Assembly: GCA_013265495.1 (NCBI GenBank)
Contig: MU058824.1
Location: 1,515,111 to 1,579,110, forward strand
Length of the DNA stretch: 64,000 nucleotides
Direction of reading: 5' to 3'
DNA from: Vicugna vicugna
Lineage: Eukaryota
Under the pieces are notes generated by a model. It saw only the letters and a list, made by a program, of their open reading frames with translations, searched no databases and was not told the DNA's origin. The position numbers were made by a program, and so were the translations under genes. This document shows positions 13,246 to 25,850 of this stretch, in pieces (the first letter of the stretch is position 1; the number at the start of each line of letters is the position of its first letter).

Positions 13246-14777
13246 TCCTGCCTTCCTCCCTTCATTCTCCTCTGGTGTGGATTCACAAGTAAGACATTGT
13301 TACTTTAGATATGATAAAATGGTCGCAACTAAAATAATAATCCTGCTTACTTGTTTTTCTCACTTTTGAAATCTCACAAAGAGTCAGTGAAGTTATCACC
13401 AGAAAAAAAGAATCCTGACATTCAATCAAATAAACATGTTATCTTCTGCCATGAGGTGTCATGGTTGGGAGAATACCTGGGTGATATAATAATTTTTTCA
13501 AGGGACCCATCTTTAGAGTAGAGGTCCTTTCTCTCCAAGCCAAAGTAAAGGAAGGATCAGTCTGGGTAATTGCAGCAAAATCCACAGCGATCTGAAGCGT
13601 GTTTGGGGCCTGTGTTAGAGTGTCTGTGCTGTTTTATTCAGGTAGGATGTCTTTATGAATTGTATGTACTCCCTAGTCACTTACTGGCTGCATCACTTGT
13701 CTGTAGACCTGAACACAGGATGCACATGGTGAATGGATTCTGGCTGCCTTTGCTAACGTTTGCTGTCAGTCAATGGCCAGAGACTGTGGGCAGCCAAGAT
13801 GGACCTGTGTCCACACAGCCTTCAAAGAGGTGGAGATTTATGGGTTAATGTGATCATTGGGACCAGCCTGTCTCTATCAAGGTGCCTCCCAAACGCACTT
13901 ATCCAGGTTGCCTTTCTTCTGTAATTAGAATAGGGACAGAACATTCAAAGCCCCACTCAGTGCCATGTGTTTGTAAAAATTAAACATCCCATCAGAGCAT
14001 CTGCTAGGCAAGACCTCTCTTCTCTGATGTACCTCAAATCACTTAAGCTAATACTTCTTTATGTAGTCCAGGGAAGGTTTGAGTATATAAAAACATAAAC
14101 AAGACAACTGAAAATAGAGATAAAAGGAAGCATCAGAAACTGCATAGAAGTATTGAAGTTACTGAACCAAGAACCTGGGCTAAGATGATTATTGCATTTT
14201 TGTGTATTAAATTTTAGCTCTGAGCTTCCTGGCAGTTAAGGTTAAAAGGTAAACATGGTGGATTACATTACTTACATGTTTGATTGAAAGACTCTGAGGG
14301 ACAGTGTCTTTTTTAAAGAAAGTTTTCAGGTACGGAAGTGTTCTTTACGTGGCTGTTTCTCATTCTTTGGTAGCCACATTCATAAAATTAAACAATAACC
14401 AAGGAATGGATTAGAAAATAATGTTGGCTCTTCTGATTTGATTAAGGTAATGTTCATTTTAGAAAAACTGAAAATTATGGAGAAGTACAAAAACATTGCC
14501 TGTAATCCACCTACACCTAATATTCCTTGCGTGGTTTTCCCAAATATCTGTTCTCTCATTCGTTGTGCTTTAGAGCAGACCCAAACAACTGTTGGATGGA
14601 AGCCAGGTTTTTCAAGGGGGTCTGAGTACAACCTCGCAGGCATTAATTGAGCACCTAGTGTAATTGCTGTTGCTGCAGAAAGGAGAAAACCTAGCCTTGG
14701 GCCCAGGAGAGGAGCTGGTGCAAAGGGGAGAACAGAGCAAGCACATGTTTGTCATTTTTCAGTGCAAGATAGAAAGT

Positions 14778-14890
14778 GATCTATCTTGATGGTTGTACAA
14801 TTGTAACTATACTAAAAACCATTGAACTGTAGACTTTAAAAGAATGCATGTTATGGTATGTGAATTATATCTGAATACAGCTGTTCTTAG
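14778..14890 (+). mobile_element. Old L1 3' terminal fragment
   Basis: 'gatggttgtacaattgtaactatactaaaaaccattgaactgtagactttaaaa...atggtatgtgaattatatctgaata'. Confidence 0.8.
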
Positions 14891-15039
14891 AAATAAAGAG
14901 GTAGAAAATGAGCTCTTTTAGGATCAAGCTCACATCTTCTTTGTGATTATGTCCCGTTACCTGGCATGGTTCCTGACCCTTAGTAGGTGTATTGCTTAGG
15001 AACCTTGTTGAAGGTAACTGAAACCCAGGTTTGGTTGAT

Positions 15040-15470
15040 GGAGTGGGCTGTATTCAGGCAAGGCTGAATCCAGAGTCTCAAATGACACTTGAAAAATGTC
15101 ATCCTCTCTGTCTCTTGGCTCTGATTTCCTCTGTGTTTGGCTTTACCCTCAGGCAGGGTCTCCTCATTTGGCTGTACAGATGGCGCTTAGCAGCTGCAAG
15201 TTTATACACTCCCAAGTTTAGAAACTCCAGTAAGAAGAGTGTTTCTTTCTTGACTGTTTTGGCAAAAATCCCAAGCTTAGCTCTCATTGGCTAGACCAAT
15301 AACATGATACTGATGGGCCTGGGACATCTTCCAGCCTTTCATGGAGGAGGATAGAGGTCAGCCCCATCCAACACATGAATACAGAGTGAAGAGGTGATTC
15401 CTTGAAGTACATCAGAGGCTATTAAAGGGGGGTGGATGCCAGGTGGGTCTGATCACAGATATCCACTTGG
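15040..15470 (-). mobile_element. Old MaLR LTR (MLT1K/L-like)
   Basis: 'ttcaggcaaggctgaatccagagtctcaaatga...ctctgtgtttggctttaccctcaggcagggtctcc...ctctcattggctagacc'. Confidence 0.65.
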
Positions 15471-15525
15471 GAAGTGCTATATTCAAGAAAGAAACAATAA
15501 ATGCCAGGGGTATTAAGAGAAAGGG

Positions 15526-15662
15526 AAGGAGGTAGGGTATAGCTTAATGGTAGAGTGCGTGCCTAGCATGAACAAGGTCCCGAGTTCGATCCCCAGTAGC
15601 TTTACCAAAAGTAACAAATAGATAAACCTAATCACTTCCCTCCACCAAAAAACAAATGAGAG
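15526..15662 (+). mobile_element. tRNA(Ala)-derived SINE (camelid Vic-1-like)
   Basis: Pol III A box TAGCTTAATGG (15540-15550), B box GTTCGATCC (15584-15592), A-rich tail, and 10-bp TSD agagaaaggg at 15516-15525 and 15663-15672. Confidence 0.8.
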
Positions 15663-15679
15663 AGAGAAAGGGCAGACCA

Positions 15680-16090
15680 TATCTAGGTCAAGAGGGGCCT
15701 CCTGGAGGAGAGGATGTCAGGATGAGTCTGGAAGGGTGAACATAATGTTGACACAGGGAGGCGCAGGCTCTGGGAGATGGAGGTTGGATCCCAGGAAAGA
15801 TCCCCAAGATCAAAGGATGGAGGCCACAACATGTGAAGTGTGTCTGGGGAGCACAGACTTATGTTTCCACTGGAGTGCAGGGCTTGTAGAAGGAAAGGCA
15901 GCCTGGTGGTGGGTGTGGAAGGCCCTGAATGCCATGTTTTCAAACATGGATGTGATTAGGGCTGGTAGGAGTGTAGAGGCTGGATGTTAGACAGGTAAGG
16001 GTGGAGACAGAGAAGCCCGAAAGCTGTTGTAGCAGTTGAAGGGGCAGTTGAGGCCTGAACAGAGATGGAGAGGCAGTGTGAAAGGATGGG
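15680..16090 (-). mobile_element. L2 fragment
   Basis: 'gcctcctggaggagaggatgtcaggatgagtctggaaggg...ggaaggccctgaatgccatg...ggcctgaacagagatggaggg'-type L2 body. Confidence 0.55.
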
Positions 16091-16299
16091 GGAGCTCTGA
16101 GGCAAGGCAGTAACTGGGTGGGAGGGTCAGCAGAGAGGGAGTCATGGTGATGGGGGTATCTGGTGGGCAAGACAGTAACTGGAGTCAGTTGCACTGCAAG
16201 GGAACAAGGAGAGAGAATCCCTGCAGGATGAGGCTGGGCACAAAACCAGATCAGTTCCCCTAGCTCCAGAGCACCTGTTGGATGAGCTTCTCAACATGT

Positions 16300-16505
16300 C
16301 AGGGACCTGGGTTTCTATCCCCATTGGCTACCACATACCTGCCTGGTGACCTTGGGCAAGCCACTTTGCCCCTTTTCTTCATCTGTAAAATGGGAGTAAC
16401 ATACTAACTGCCTGATAGAGTGTGGGGAACAAATGAGATCATCCCGATAAAGTAATTCAATGCTTGGTACACCGTAAGTGCTCAGTAAACATTCACTGCT
16501 ATTTT
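16300..16505 (+). mobile_element. MIR
   Basis: 'gtgaccttgggcaagccacttt...ttcttcatctgtaaaatgggagtaac...gtaagtgctcagtaaac'. Confidence 0.85.
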
Positions 16506-17381
16506 GTCACCATTCTCATTATTCCTGTACCATGTGGGGGTGATTATGCTGACCTCACAGGGCTGTACTAGGAATAAATATAATGGATGTGGAACCTCAA
16601 AACATGATGTAAACGTAAAGCCGTGTTGCCTGTAATCTTGCATTCCAACAATGAATGGGATGCTGAGACGCGTGTTGAGAAAGGATGCAAGCACAAGATC
16701 TTTATTCATGTGTATCTCCCAGTGCATCTTCCATTCTGTCATGTGTCATAGCCATATTTATCTCTTTCTCCTCTGCTGGAGTGTAGCTCCGTGAGGGCAG
16801 GGCTTAATCCGATTCCCCATTGTTTTACCTGCAGTGGGCATGAGTGAATGTTTGCTGAGCTGAACTATAAGTGAATAAATTAGAATCTACCTTCTGAATT
16901 TGCATCCCTTAGAATGAATGGTTTCTCTGGATCACTTCCCCAGGGTCTTTGCTCCATGGCCCCCACCCCCCCACCACCATAGGACACAGGGGCTCCCATA
17001 TACCAGGATTAAGCTGTAGCTGCCTTCTGCATGATTTCACCAGCACCGACCCCTGAGCTTCCCTAGTATGAGGGAAATGCCCTTAGCCGTGCCTGCCCCT
17101 GACCAATTCCTCAGACCTAGCCAGGCACCCCTCATGGTGGTGGGTGGAATAACACACTAGAGCCTGTTTAGAACTTGGTATTGGCTGAGAGTTTTAGCTT
17201 GCTAACGTGATCTTTAAAGGGCTCTTCTTCATGTGTTTGGCCTACCCTCCTTTGGACAGAGTAACATCAACTTCTTCACGCAGAGATGTGAGATTTCAGC
17301 AGGGAAATGAACAAGCTGAAAGTGTAAGAGAGGGGTGCAAATAGAGGTGCTAAATAAATACATGTAGAGGAGATATGGCTT

Positions 17382-17730
17382 TTGTTAGTCAGGGTGGACT
17401 AGGCTATGCTGCATTAACAGACAAATTCTGAAATCTCTGATTGCTTAACACAGCCAAATTTATATACTGCTCACCCAAATCCAGTGTGGGTCGAACCTCT
17501 TGGGAGGCTGTCCTCCAAGTGAGAACATAGGGCTCCAGGCTGCTCTTGTGTTGTCACTCTCCCATCTTGTGGCTTCAAGAAGAAGAGGGTAGGGAGGAAT
17601 CCACAGGGAAGGCACACCAGATTTTTGACTATCTTTACTTGGAAGTGACACGTATTACTTCTATTCATATTTCATTGGCCAACCTAACTTGAAAGGAGGC
17701 TGGGATGTGTAGAGGAGCGCGTGAATGTCA
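17382..17730 (-). mobile_element. MaLR LTR (MLT1J/K-like)
   Basis: 'ttagtcagggtggactaggctatgctgcattaacagacaa...cttaacacagccaaattta...ggaagtgacacgtattacttctattcatatttcattggcc'. Confidence 0.7.
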
Positions 17731-17734
17731 TGGA

Positions 17735-18201
17735 CACTTATCATTTGGAGTCCTTCAGGAAGTAAATGCCAAGATGGATTTACCAGTGCCAAAGGTCTTG
17801 AGGGTAATACCTGTGAAAGATAAAAGAGGAGGTAGGGAAACCCTCAGACCACGATGCTATTCTGACACCTGTGAAAGGAGAGGGGAAGGAAGGAGAGTTG
17901 GGAGGAAGAGTCTTAGATTGGTGTGTGGCTCTCAGAAAGTCTTGGCCAGCCCACTGAGGTGCTGCAGAGCAAAGATTGCCTATTAGAGGGGTCCCGTATT
18001 GGAGACCGAAAGAGCCAGGCTCTAGAATCCCTGCCCAACTCAGTCACTGGCTGAAGGCTGCCTGGGAAGTTTGTGTCCTTTGCTTAATTAAACACTGCGG
18101 ACAGATCTTGAAGCTACAGCTGAAGGCTTAGCTGACAGCACTTGTCCTGTAGGTTCTCTCTTCAAAGGAGATCTGAGTCACCCACCTAGATGGCTGCCAC
18201 A
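17735..18201 (-). mobile_element. ERVL solo LTR (LTR16A/B-like)
   Basis: The reverse complement begins TGTGGCAGCCAT...CAGATCTCCTTTGAAGAGAGAACCT and ends ...ATCTTGGCATTTACTTCCTGAAGGACTCCAAATGA, as in recalled LTR16A. Confidence 0.8.
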
Positions 18202-20564
18202 GCACCACCTGTTTCTGCTCCAACACCCTAATGCTACACATTCTGATGGAGAGGAATTTCTGCCAGGCCCTTTTCTAGGATGTGACACAGACCTCGCCTG
18301 TGAGAATCTCACTGGATAACCGGTGGTCAAGACAGAAACCATCGCACATAGTGTGACCTGACCATGGTCAGGCAGAGGATGCTGAGGAAGTTATCCATCT
18401 TCTGGGGGCGCCTGTTTGGTCCTCCTCCATGTTGTTTGGGAATGAAATGTAAGTGGCTTCCTATTGCTTACTTTTTTGTTGTTGTTATTTATTTTGGTTC
18501 TAGGAAGGTGAGAAAATTAAATGGCATAGTTTGCCCAATGAGCATCTGCGTTCATCTGCTCCTTTATTTTACTCTTTATCCTTTTTCTTATGTAACGATG
18601 TGCAGTGAGACTGGTGAGATGCCTTCCTCTCTGTACCTTTCTAGGAAAGAGTAGTTGTGCCAGGCTGAAATTATAGGAGTGTGAGCCTCAGATGGGGTCA
18701 ATGATCTGGGTTCTGGTGTTAGACTAGTTGCTAAGACCTCAGCGATCAGGGTGCTGGTGCTAGGTTAGTTGCTAAGTGTTTGTTTCTCTCTGTGAATTGC
18801 AGCACAGATTGATCTCTGCTCCATCGTGAGCACCCCAAGGGCATGCACTGGGTGTGTCTGACTCCCTTGTGCCGCACCCCACCCCCCTCCCTGATCTCCC
18901 AGGGACTATCTCAGGGCCAGGCACAGAGCAAAAGCTCAATAAATATTTATTGAACAAACAAATAGATCTAAAAGCCTGGAATTGAGCTCTCTGCTTCTTA
19001 GAGGATTAATGGGTATAGTTTTAACAAATTGAGGAAGTGCTTTGTATGCCAAGCCTTGTAGGGTGAGCTTCCTGCTTGTTCTTTATTCGTTCTTTGGTGC
19101 TTTGGGGGAGGGAGGGGCTGAAGTTGTGGCATGCAAAGGGGAAAGTGTACTTCTTGAATGTTCCAATAGAAGATTTTGTGAAAAGCTCACATCAGTCTCT
19201 TCTCCCCTGACAAACATACACAGCATCCTCCAAGGTACATCAAAACCTAGGAAAGAAGTACTTTCCAGTGTCTGAGAAGTACTGTGGCTTTAGGAGATTA
19301 GTTTATTGCAAAAAATACTCTAACCAGCTGTTGGTGGTTGCAGGAATCAGGTTCTGATACCCTACTCCCACCTCCAGGGAGTGTGAGAACCACAGAGACT
19401 GAACTGGGCTCTGGTCCTAGTAGAAATTGTAGGAAAGAGGCCAAGTCATCAGCCTTGCTGAGCCAGGTGATCTAGTCGCAGGTTTGAGTACAGTGAATAA
19501 AGAGGCGCTCTGGGATCCCCTGAACAATAAGACTTATGCTAGGCACCCTGCTCCTGGGCTGAAAACTTCTGCTCTTTATCCTTCCGTGGTTAGGACTGAC
19601 TCAGGAACTGGGTAAGCTCAGCCTGGAGGTGACCATCTCCCTGACCTAGTTTTGGTCTGGACCCCAAATCAGATAGCCAAGTTTATTAGAATCATGTGCA
19701 AAATAAGAGTAAATTGGTTATGAGCTGGTCTTTGAAGGTCTAAGAATTCTTGCTTGAAGAAAGGCATGAACATTGTGACACCTTTGGGTGACTGATTTGG
19801 GCATTCTTTTGCCTGCTTTCTACTTTTTCAGTTTTTTGGAACAGTCTACATTGCTGGAAGGATGAAGTGTCATTGTCATCTAGAAAATTAGTGGTAGCTC
19901 CAAAGTACTGAGTAGATGGATTCATCTATCTTCATCAGTGCCCACGTTCCACAGCTGCTGGCTAAAGCAGACCCCTTCTCCTGCCATTTGGCAAGGACAT
20001 CATCAGTCACCGTTCAGAGAAAATGTAGCCAAAGAAGGACTTTGGATTGATGCATTATAGCTGTTCTCATGGCGCAGGGTCAGGAGGTGGCAGAGAGAAA
20101 ATGGTATTTTCACACTCTACTCATGATCCACTTGACTTTGTTCAGAGGGAACTGATTTTGAAAGCAGCAGCCATCCTTATAATAATCACTATATTATCCA
20201 AATCGCTTTGTTTCTAGAACTCCCCATTCACTGAAGCTTTCCTGAGAATGCCCCAGAATTGTTTCAGGGATTTAACTGTCAGACTGGGACCTGGAAGCCC
20301 ACTGCAGGGCATATGATCAGAGCCCATACTAATGCTCCCACCCAGCCCGTCTCAGAGCACCTTGGCTCGCCTGTCACTCCATGGAGTATCCCCTCAGGGC
20401 CCCAACCGACCCTTTTGACCTCGTTGCTGAACTCTGAATTCTAGAAACATTAGGAAGACTTTGGAGAGCTTCTAACCTTGTTGAAAAAAGGGAAAAGGAA
20501 ATGGTAACTTTATTTGCAACTGTGTAGGTAAAGGAAAAGAGACCACAGCAACAGCAGTAACTCA

Positions 20565-20790
20565 CCTTTATCCTGTGCTTAGCGCATGTCAGTCCTATGT
20601 CAAGCACTTAATTTAATTCTCATCCCAATTTGATGTGGTAGATGCTGTTATTGTCTGCATTTTACAGATGAGGCTTAGAGAGGTTAAAGGTTAAGTGACT
20701 TATTTAACATCCCAGCCAACCGAGTGGTGAGCTGGGATTTCAGTCTGGATAGTATGGCTTTGATCTCTGCTGCTTAAGCACTAAAGTGAA
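20565..20790 (-). mobile_element. MIR
   Basis: 'atttaattctcatccc...cattttacagatgaggcttagagaggttaaaggttaagtgactt'. Confidence 0.85.
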
Positions 20791-21779
20791 ACAGCATCTT
20801 CATATGGGAGTTGTCTTCCTTCCATAAAAGCAAGTGGCACGTTTTGTCAGTAGCTGCTGCTTCTCTTTTTTTGGTGAATTTCACCTAGCTGCTTGCCTCT
20901 CCCTCTAATTCAGCCCCACCCTCCCCCATTTCCCTGTCTGCCCACTCAGTCACACAGCCAGCTCTGTACTCTGTACTCACTTCAAGTGTATCTGTCGACA
21001 CACCTGACTTACACGGATCTGCTCTCTGCTCCTCTTGCTCCTGCAGAACTCGTTACCTCTTGTAGTGTTTACTCAGGGTGTCAGTGTTTGTGTGTGTGTG
21101 TCTCTCATGTTAGCTGGGATCATGTCGAGGGCAGCTGTGATGCTTCCTGTGTGCATGTAACTCGTACTTGCTAAGCATCTGCTTGGTGCCAGGCCCAGGG
21201 TTGGTTATGGGGCATGTGGAGGTGATCCTGACACAGCAGCGCTCTCAAAGGGAGGCCGCCAGGGATCATTACTGTGTGTCATGGGAAAAGTGATGGTGCA
21301 GCCTGGGGCAGGCGCAGGGGCCATCTCCCAGATGTAGAGGACTGTTAGGACCACTGACCCAGCACTCTGGCCAAGTGCCCTCCCTGCTTGACACCCTTCA
21401 GCGACTTCCGTTCTGGGAATGGGAACAGAACTTCGCCCTGTGCCCTTGGAAGCCCTGCAATCTGCCCTGCTCATACCCAGCTTCATTACAGAGCACTGTC
21501 CCCTCTCCCTCTGGGCCCAGGCACGTGGTCTTCTCAAGTTTCTTTGGTGAATGTGCTCAGAGAGTGTGCACAGGACCTTCTCACAAGCTGTTCTCACTGT
21601 CTGGACTGCTTTTGTCATGTCTCTTCATCTTTTAGATACCAGCTCAAGTATGTTTCCTCTGTCCTTCCTCATTGGAAAAAAATCTCGTTTCATTTTTTCT
21701 AAAAACCATGACTCTTTCTTTTCTGGTGCTTATCACAAGTGCAATTTTAATTTGCTGGATTATTTGATCAATGTTGGTC

Positions 21780-22190
21780 CTTCCCTGTTCTGCCAAAGAG
21801 CTATGGTCTAAATGTTGGCTCACCATAGCGCCCAGCAGTTTCTAGCACATAGCAGGTGCTCAGTAAATATTTGCAGAATGCATGGATGAGTGCTGAAGGA
21901 TCTGTGAGGCTCATCTGGTTGTTAATGACGGCTTCTATGTGTTTTCTAATTCCCGTACAAGTTGGGGAAGACAGCTGGGCACTGTGCAAAGACCATCACA
22001 CGTGGAATCAGAGACCTGTGTGTGTGTGCTGACGCTGCTCAGTCCTTGAGCCTCAGTGTCCTTCATCTGTGAAATGGGGATGATCCTTTCTCAGAGGGTT
22101 ATTTTGAAGGCTGACATGGAACATTCATGCCAAGCATTGATCACAGAGGGCCACGTTGAGTAGGCACCCACTAAATTTTGTTGTCATTTC
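21780..22190 (+). mobile_element. L2 3' tail followed by MIR fragment
   Basis: 'tagcacatagcaggtgctcagtaaatatttgcagaatg' and 'gagcctcagtgtccttcatctgtgaaatgggga'. Confidence 0.7.
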
Positions 22191-22879
22191 ATTATAATGT
22201 GTATGAAAATGTAAAATGCTGTCTAGTCACATAAAAACTGGTTTTTATTTCAGTAGGGGCCTGTGTGTTTGAGGCCAGTGAAAGAAGTGTGTGAGATTTG
22301 TCTGAGCTTCATTGAATGGGAGTCTAAGTGAAGTGGTTGTTTCTAAATCCCTGTGCATTTCCAGGAGGATCTGAGGTGCTCTGAGAGCTCAGTGGTGGAC
22401 CTCCCCTGGGCCTGGGACTGGGCTGTTGTCCCGGTGGAGTCCTTGCAGCTCTGTGTTGTCACTGCTGGCTGTTGTCCGCCGTGTCCCCTGGCTGTGAGCT
22501 GGGCCAGCCCACAAGGACAGGCACATCATCTGTTTTGCACCTGCCGTGTCCTTGCACCCAGGACAGAGCCTGCAGGCACTCAGCAATATCTGATGAGTGC
22601 CTCTGTGTCCGAGCACCTAGCATGACCCCTGGCACATTATAAGTGCTTAGCAAATGCTTTTTGCATGAGTGGTGCTAAACGTGATGTACAGCATGACAAT
22701 TTTGGATCAAATCACAACTGAGCCTCTAAATGGAGCAGAGGGAGAAGACACAATCTGGCATCTGTGAGGAATGGGTTGCTTCAACTGCAGACCAGATTTG
22801 AAGGGGAGAGAGAAGTGTTCCGGAGTTCCCCTGTGAGGAGACCACGTTTCCCTTTGGGCTCCAGAGACAAATCTTTTAG

Positions 22880-23070
22880 CTTAGAGGACTGGGTGGCTCA
22901 GTGGAAAGGGCTCTACATTTGCCATGGTGACCTGTCTCTAATACTCACTGGTGAATGACCTTGAAGTAGTTGTTTAACTTCTGTACACCTTAGTTTTATC
23001 ATCTATAAAATGGGAATAATAACAATGCCTGCCCTGCTTGTCCATGGAGTTATTGTGGAAATCATTGAAA
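22880..23070 (+). mobile_element. MIR
   Basis: 'atgaccttgaagtagttgtttaacttctgtacaccttagttttatcatctataaaatgggaataataac'. Confidence 0.8.
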
Positions 23071-25619
23071 AGGGAGAGAGAGAGAGAAGGCGCGGGGAGA
23101 GAGAGATTAGTGTAGAGTCTTTTAAAAAGTCATGAAGAGTTGCAGATATTAGATGTGCCTGAAACTAAGCACAAAGAGTAATTAATTCTGGGTTGTTCTC
23201 TCAGGGCCTTTGGATATTTCCAATAACATCTTTATCAAAGACACAGAGATGTTGTTCACACAGGTGATTCATTCAACTTTCTATTAAAGAAGGAGGGCAC
23301 AGTATTAGATAGCAACACTGTGGAAGCAGTTAGGCAGGGGGCTGAGGTTTTCTGACCCCAGCAGGCTGTCTTACAGAAGCATCTAGAACAAGAATTGATT
23401 AACATGTCTTCCTCTGATCTGTCAGATGTCTTCAGAAGCCAGCTATTCGTCTTTGGCAGGTGTCAGATCCAAGACTGTCCACAGCCAAACTATTGAACAA
23501 GAGAGCCAGGGCAGAAATTTGGTGGTGTGGGAGTTAGGGCTATCTGCTGTAAGCAGTGATTTGGGATCCAGGCCAGCAAATTGTGGGGGGTTGCTGGGTT
23601 TAGGGACTGGGGCAAAGCCTGGCACATCTGATTGAAATATGAAATGTGCAGACTGGGCCAGTCCACGGCAGCCCCAGAGTGGGCGACTGGGATGCCCATG
23701 TGCTGAGCTAGTAGCATTTGTTTTCTCCAGAAAGAGCTTTAGTTCTGGCCAACGGATGTACAAGTACTTGGTTGAGACCTCAGAATTTTGGACCAGACAC
23801 TGTGGAGATAAAGAGTTTGTTTTGAGAGGTTTAGGGGCCCCAGATCCACCCCCTGCCATTGGATATCCTCAGAAGAGCACCCACTGGGCTCCTGTGGATG
23901 CTGGGTCTTCAGACCATCTGACTGACTTTGCTTGGCTGCTCTAGAGCCTCTTCAGGCTGTGGCTCTAGTTCTAGCCTGGTGGTTCCACCATGGACAAAAC
24001 AAAGTGACAGATCCTTACTGAGCCCCTACTATGAGCTGGGCATTGTGCTGGGCTCTCTCTCATGCGCGCCTGAGAAGGCAAGGTGTAACGAAAAGAGCTT
24101 GGCTCAGGGAGGTGGGGAAGTGGGTGTAACTGGAAGAAGGCCCTGCTCTGGTCTGGCTCTGTATTCAGATAATTCTAGAAACCCCTCCATTACTGTTAGG
24201 AAGCTTTGAGGTTGCTGGGGTCAGTGGCCCCACTGTCTAAAGAACATGGGGTCCTCTAGGAGGGAAAGGACTGAGGCCCTGGTCCCTCCCTCTGCTGATT
24301 GAAATTGTTAGGACATGCCTGAGGGGTGACCTAGCTTTGAGTGGGGCCTGCCAGAGGAAAGGGCAAAAAGAGCTCCCAGGAGAGCTTTGCTTGGAATGGG
24401 GGCCCAGGGCATGGGGGATCAAGGGCAGGCTGGTTTGGAGATGGGAGTCGATGCTGGAGTGCTCCTCCTCCCCGCTGATGCCCTGGGGAGACCCTGGGGA
24501 TGGTGGCTGTGTGTATAATGTAAACTGAAGGTGCTCAGTGTTGACAGCTGTAACCCTCAGTTTCCATCTGGGCTCTGGCACTCTCCTGTCCCTGGGCCAA
24601 CCTCCTCAGGATGCAAGGACCTGCCCTGGTTTCAGAGCAGACCTCAAGCCTCTGGCCAGCATGGCAGCTGAAGGAGACAAAGGCTGGCAGCTGGGTCTGG
24701 CTCAGAGGTTGGGCCCAGGAGCACCCTGAGGGGTGCAGGTGAGGCAGACTCACCAACCTGTCAGCACAGGCCACCTAGAGGGCCGAGGCGCACTGGGCCA
24801 TGTGCTGTCAGGATAACACCTGAACTGCCCTGTCCCTGTCGTCTCTGACCATTCAAAGAAATGTGACCTCCCTTGTACCCCAGTCTGGTAAAGTGTGAAG
24901 TGCAGTTGGTTTCTTATTTAGTTCTGATAATAACATTATTTAGTAGATATTATTTCAACAACTAAACAAGAATTACAGATTGTGTGTAGTGCTAGAGTTG
25001 ATTATTTCTTTCAAATGCGTCATCCGTTAACAACCTGATAAGAGAGGAATTCTTCTATTAGCCTCATTTATAGATAAGGAAACAGGCTCAGAGTGATGAG
25101 CCCAGGTTGAAGCAGTAAACAGAGTCTGCCAGACTCTAAGCCCAGTTCCCTTTGCACTGCCCAGAGCTGCTGGGCACACTCCAATCTAGCCAGGTGGGCT
25201 CTGTGGTTCTACACTCTGATCTGGGTTCACGGGGATCCAGCCAGAAGCAGGGGAGTCATCCATCATGGCCATCCCTGAAGGTCCTCCAGTCAAGCCTGGA
25301 AGAGGTATATGTACAGACGCTATTGGCTTCACGGATGATAAAGTGCTTCCTACTTCATCCTCCTAAGCGCCTCAGGAAGGACTGCCAGAGGTGGTGTCCA
25401 CAGCAGGGAGGCAAACTTAGAGCAGCTGGAAGTTTGGACCAGCATCTGTACATTGGCCACTGTCAGCTGACCGCATGGGAGAGATGACCTGGTGCTGGAC
25501 ATTGAGCTCCAGGAGCGAGCATGATGCACATATCTCATGCCAGGCTGTAGGCATCTGAACATGGCTTGGGTATGACAGGACAGTGTGGGCAACTCACATG
25601 CGAGCAAGTGACCCTGGTG

Positions 25620-25850
25620 GAGTACCTGACTCTGGAGCAGGACTGCCTCACCACGTCTTACCGGCTGTGTTACTTTTGGTACAGCCACTTCATCTCCTGT
25701 GCCCCAGTGTTCTCATCAGTACAATGGAGAAATGATAATAGTACCTATTTCATAGTATAGTCATAAAAATTAAGTCAGTTAAAGTGTGCTGAGGACTTCA
25801 ACCTCTGGGTAACTACATAGTAAGTGCCATAAAAGAGTTTGTCAAATAAA
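25620..25850 (+). mobile_element. MIR
   Basis: 'ccacttcatctcctgtgccccagtgttctcatcagtacaatggagaaatgataatagtacctatttcatag'. Confidence 0.8.

Noticed and set aside
15533..15605. Functional tRNA-Ala gene
   Set aside because: It has an A-rich tail and flanking TSD, degenerate stems and no oligo-T terminator, so it is a SINE.
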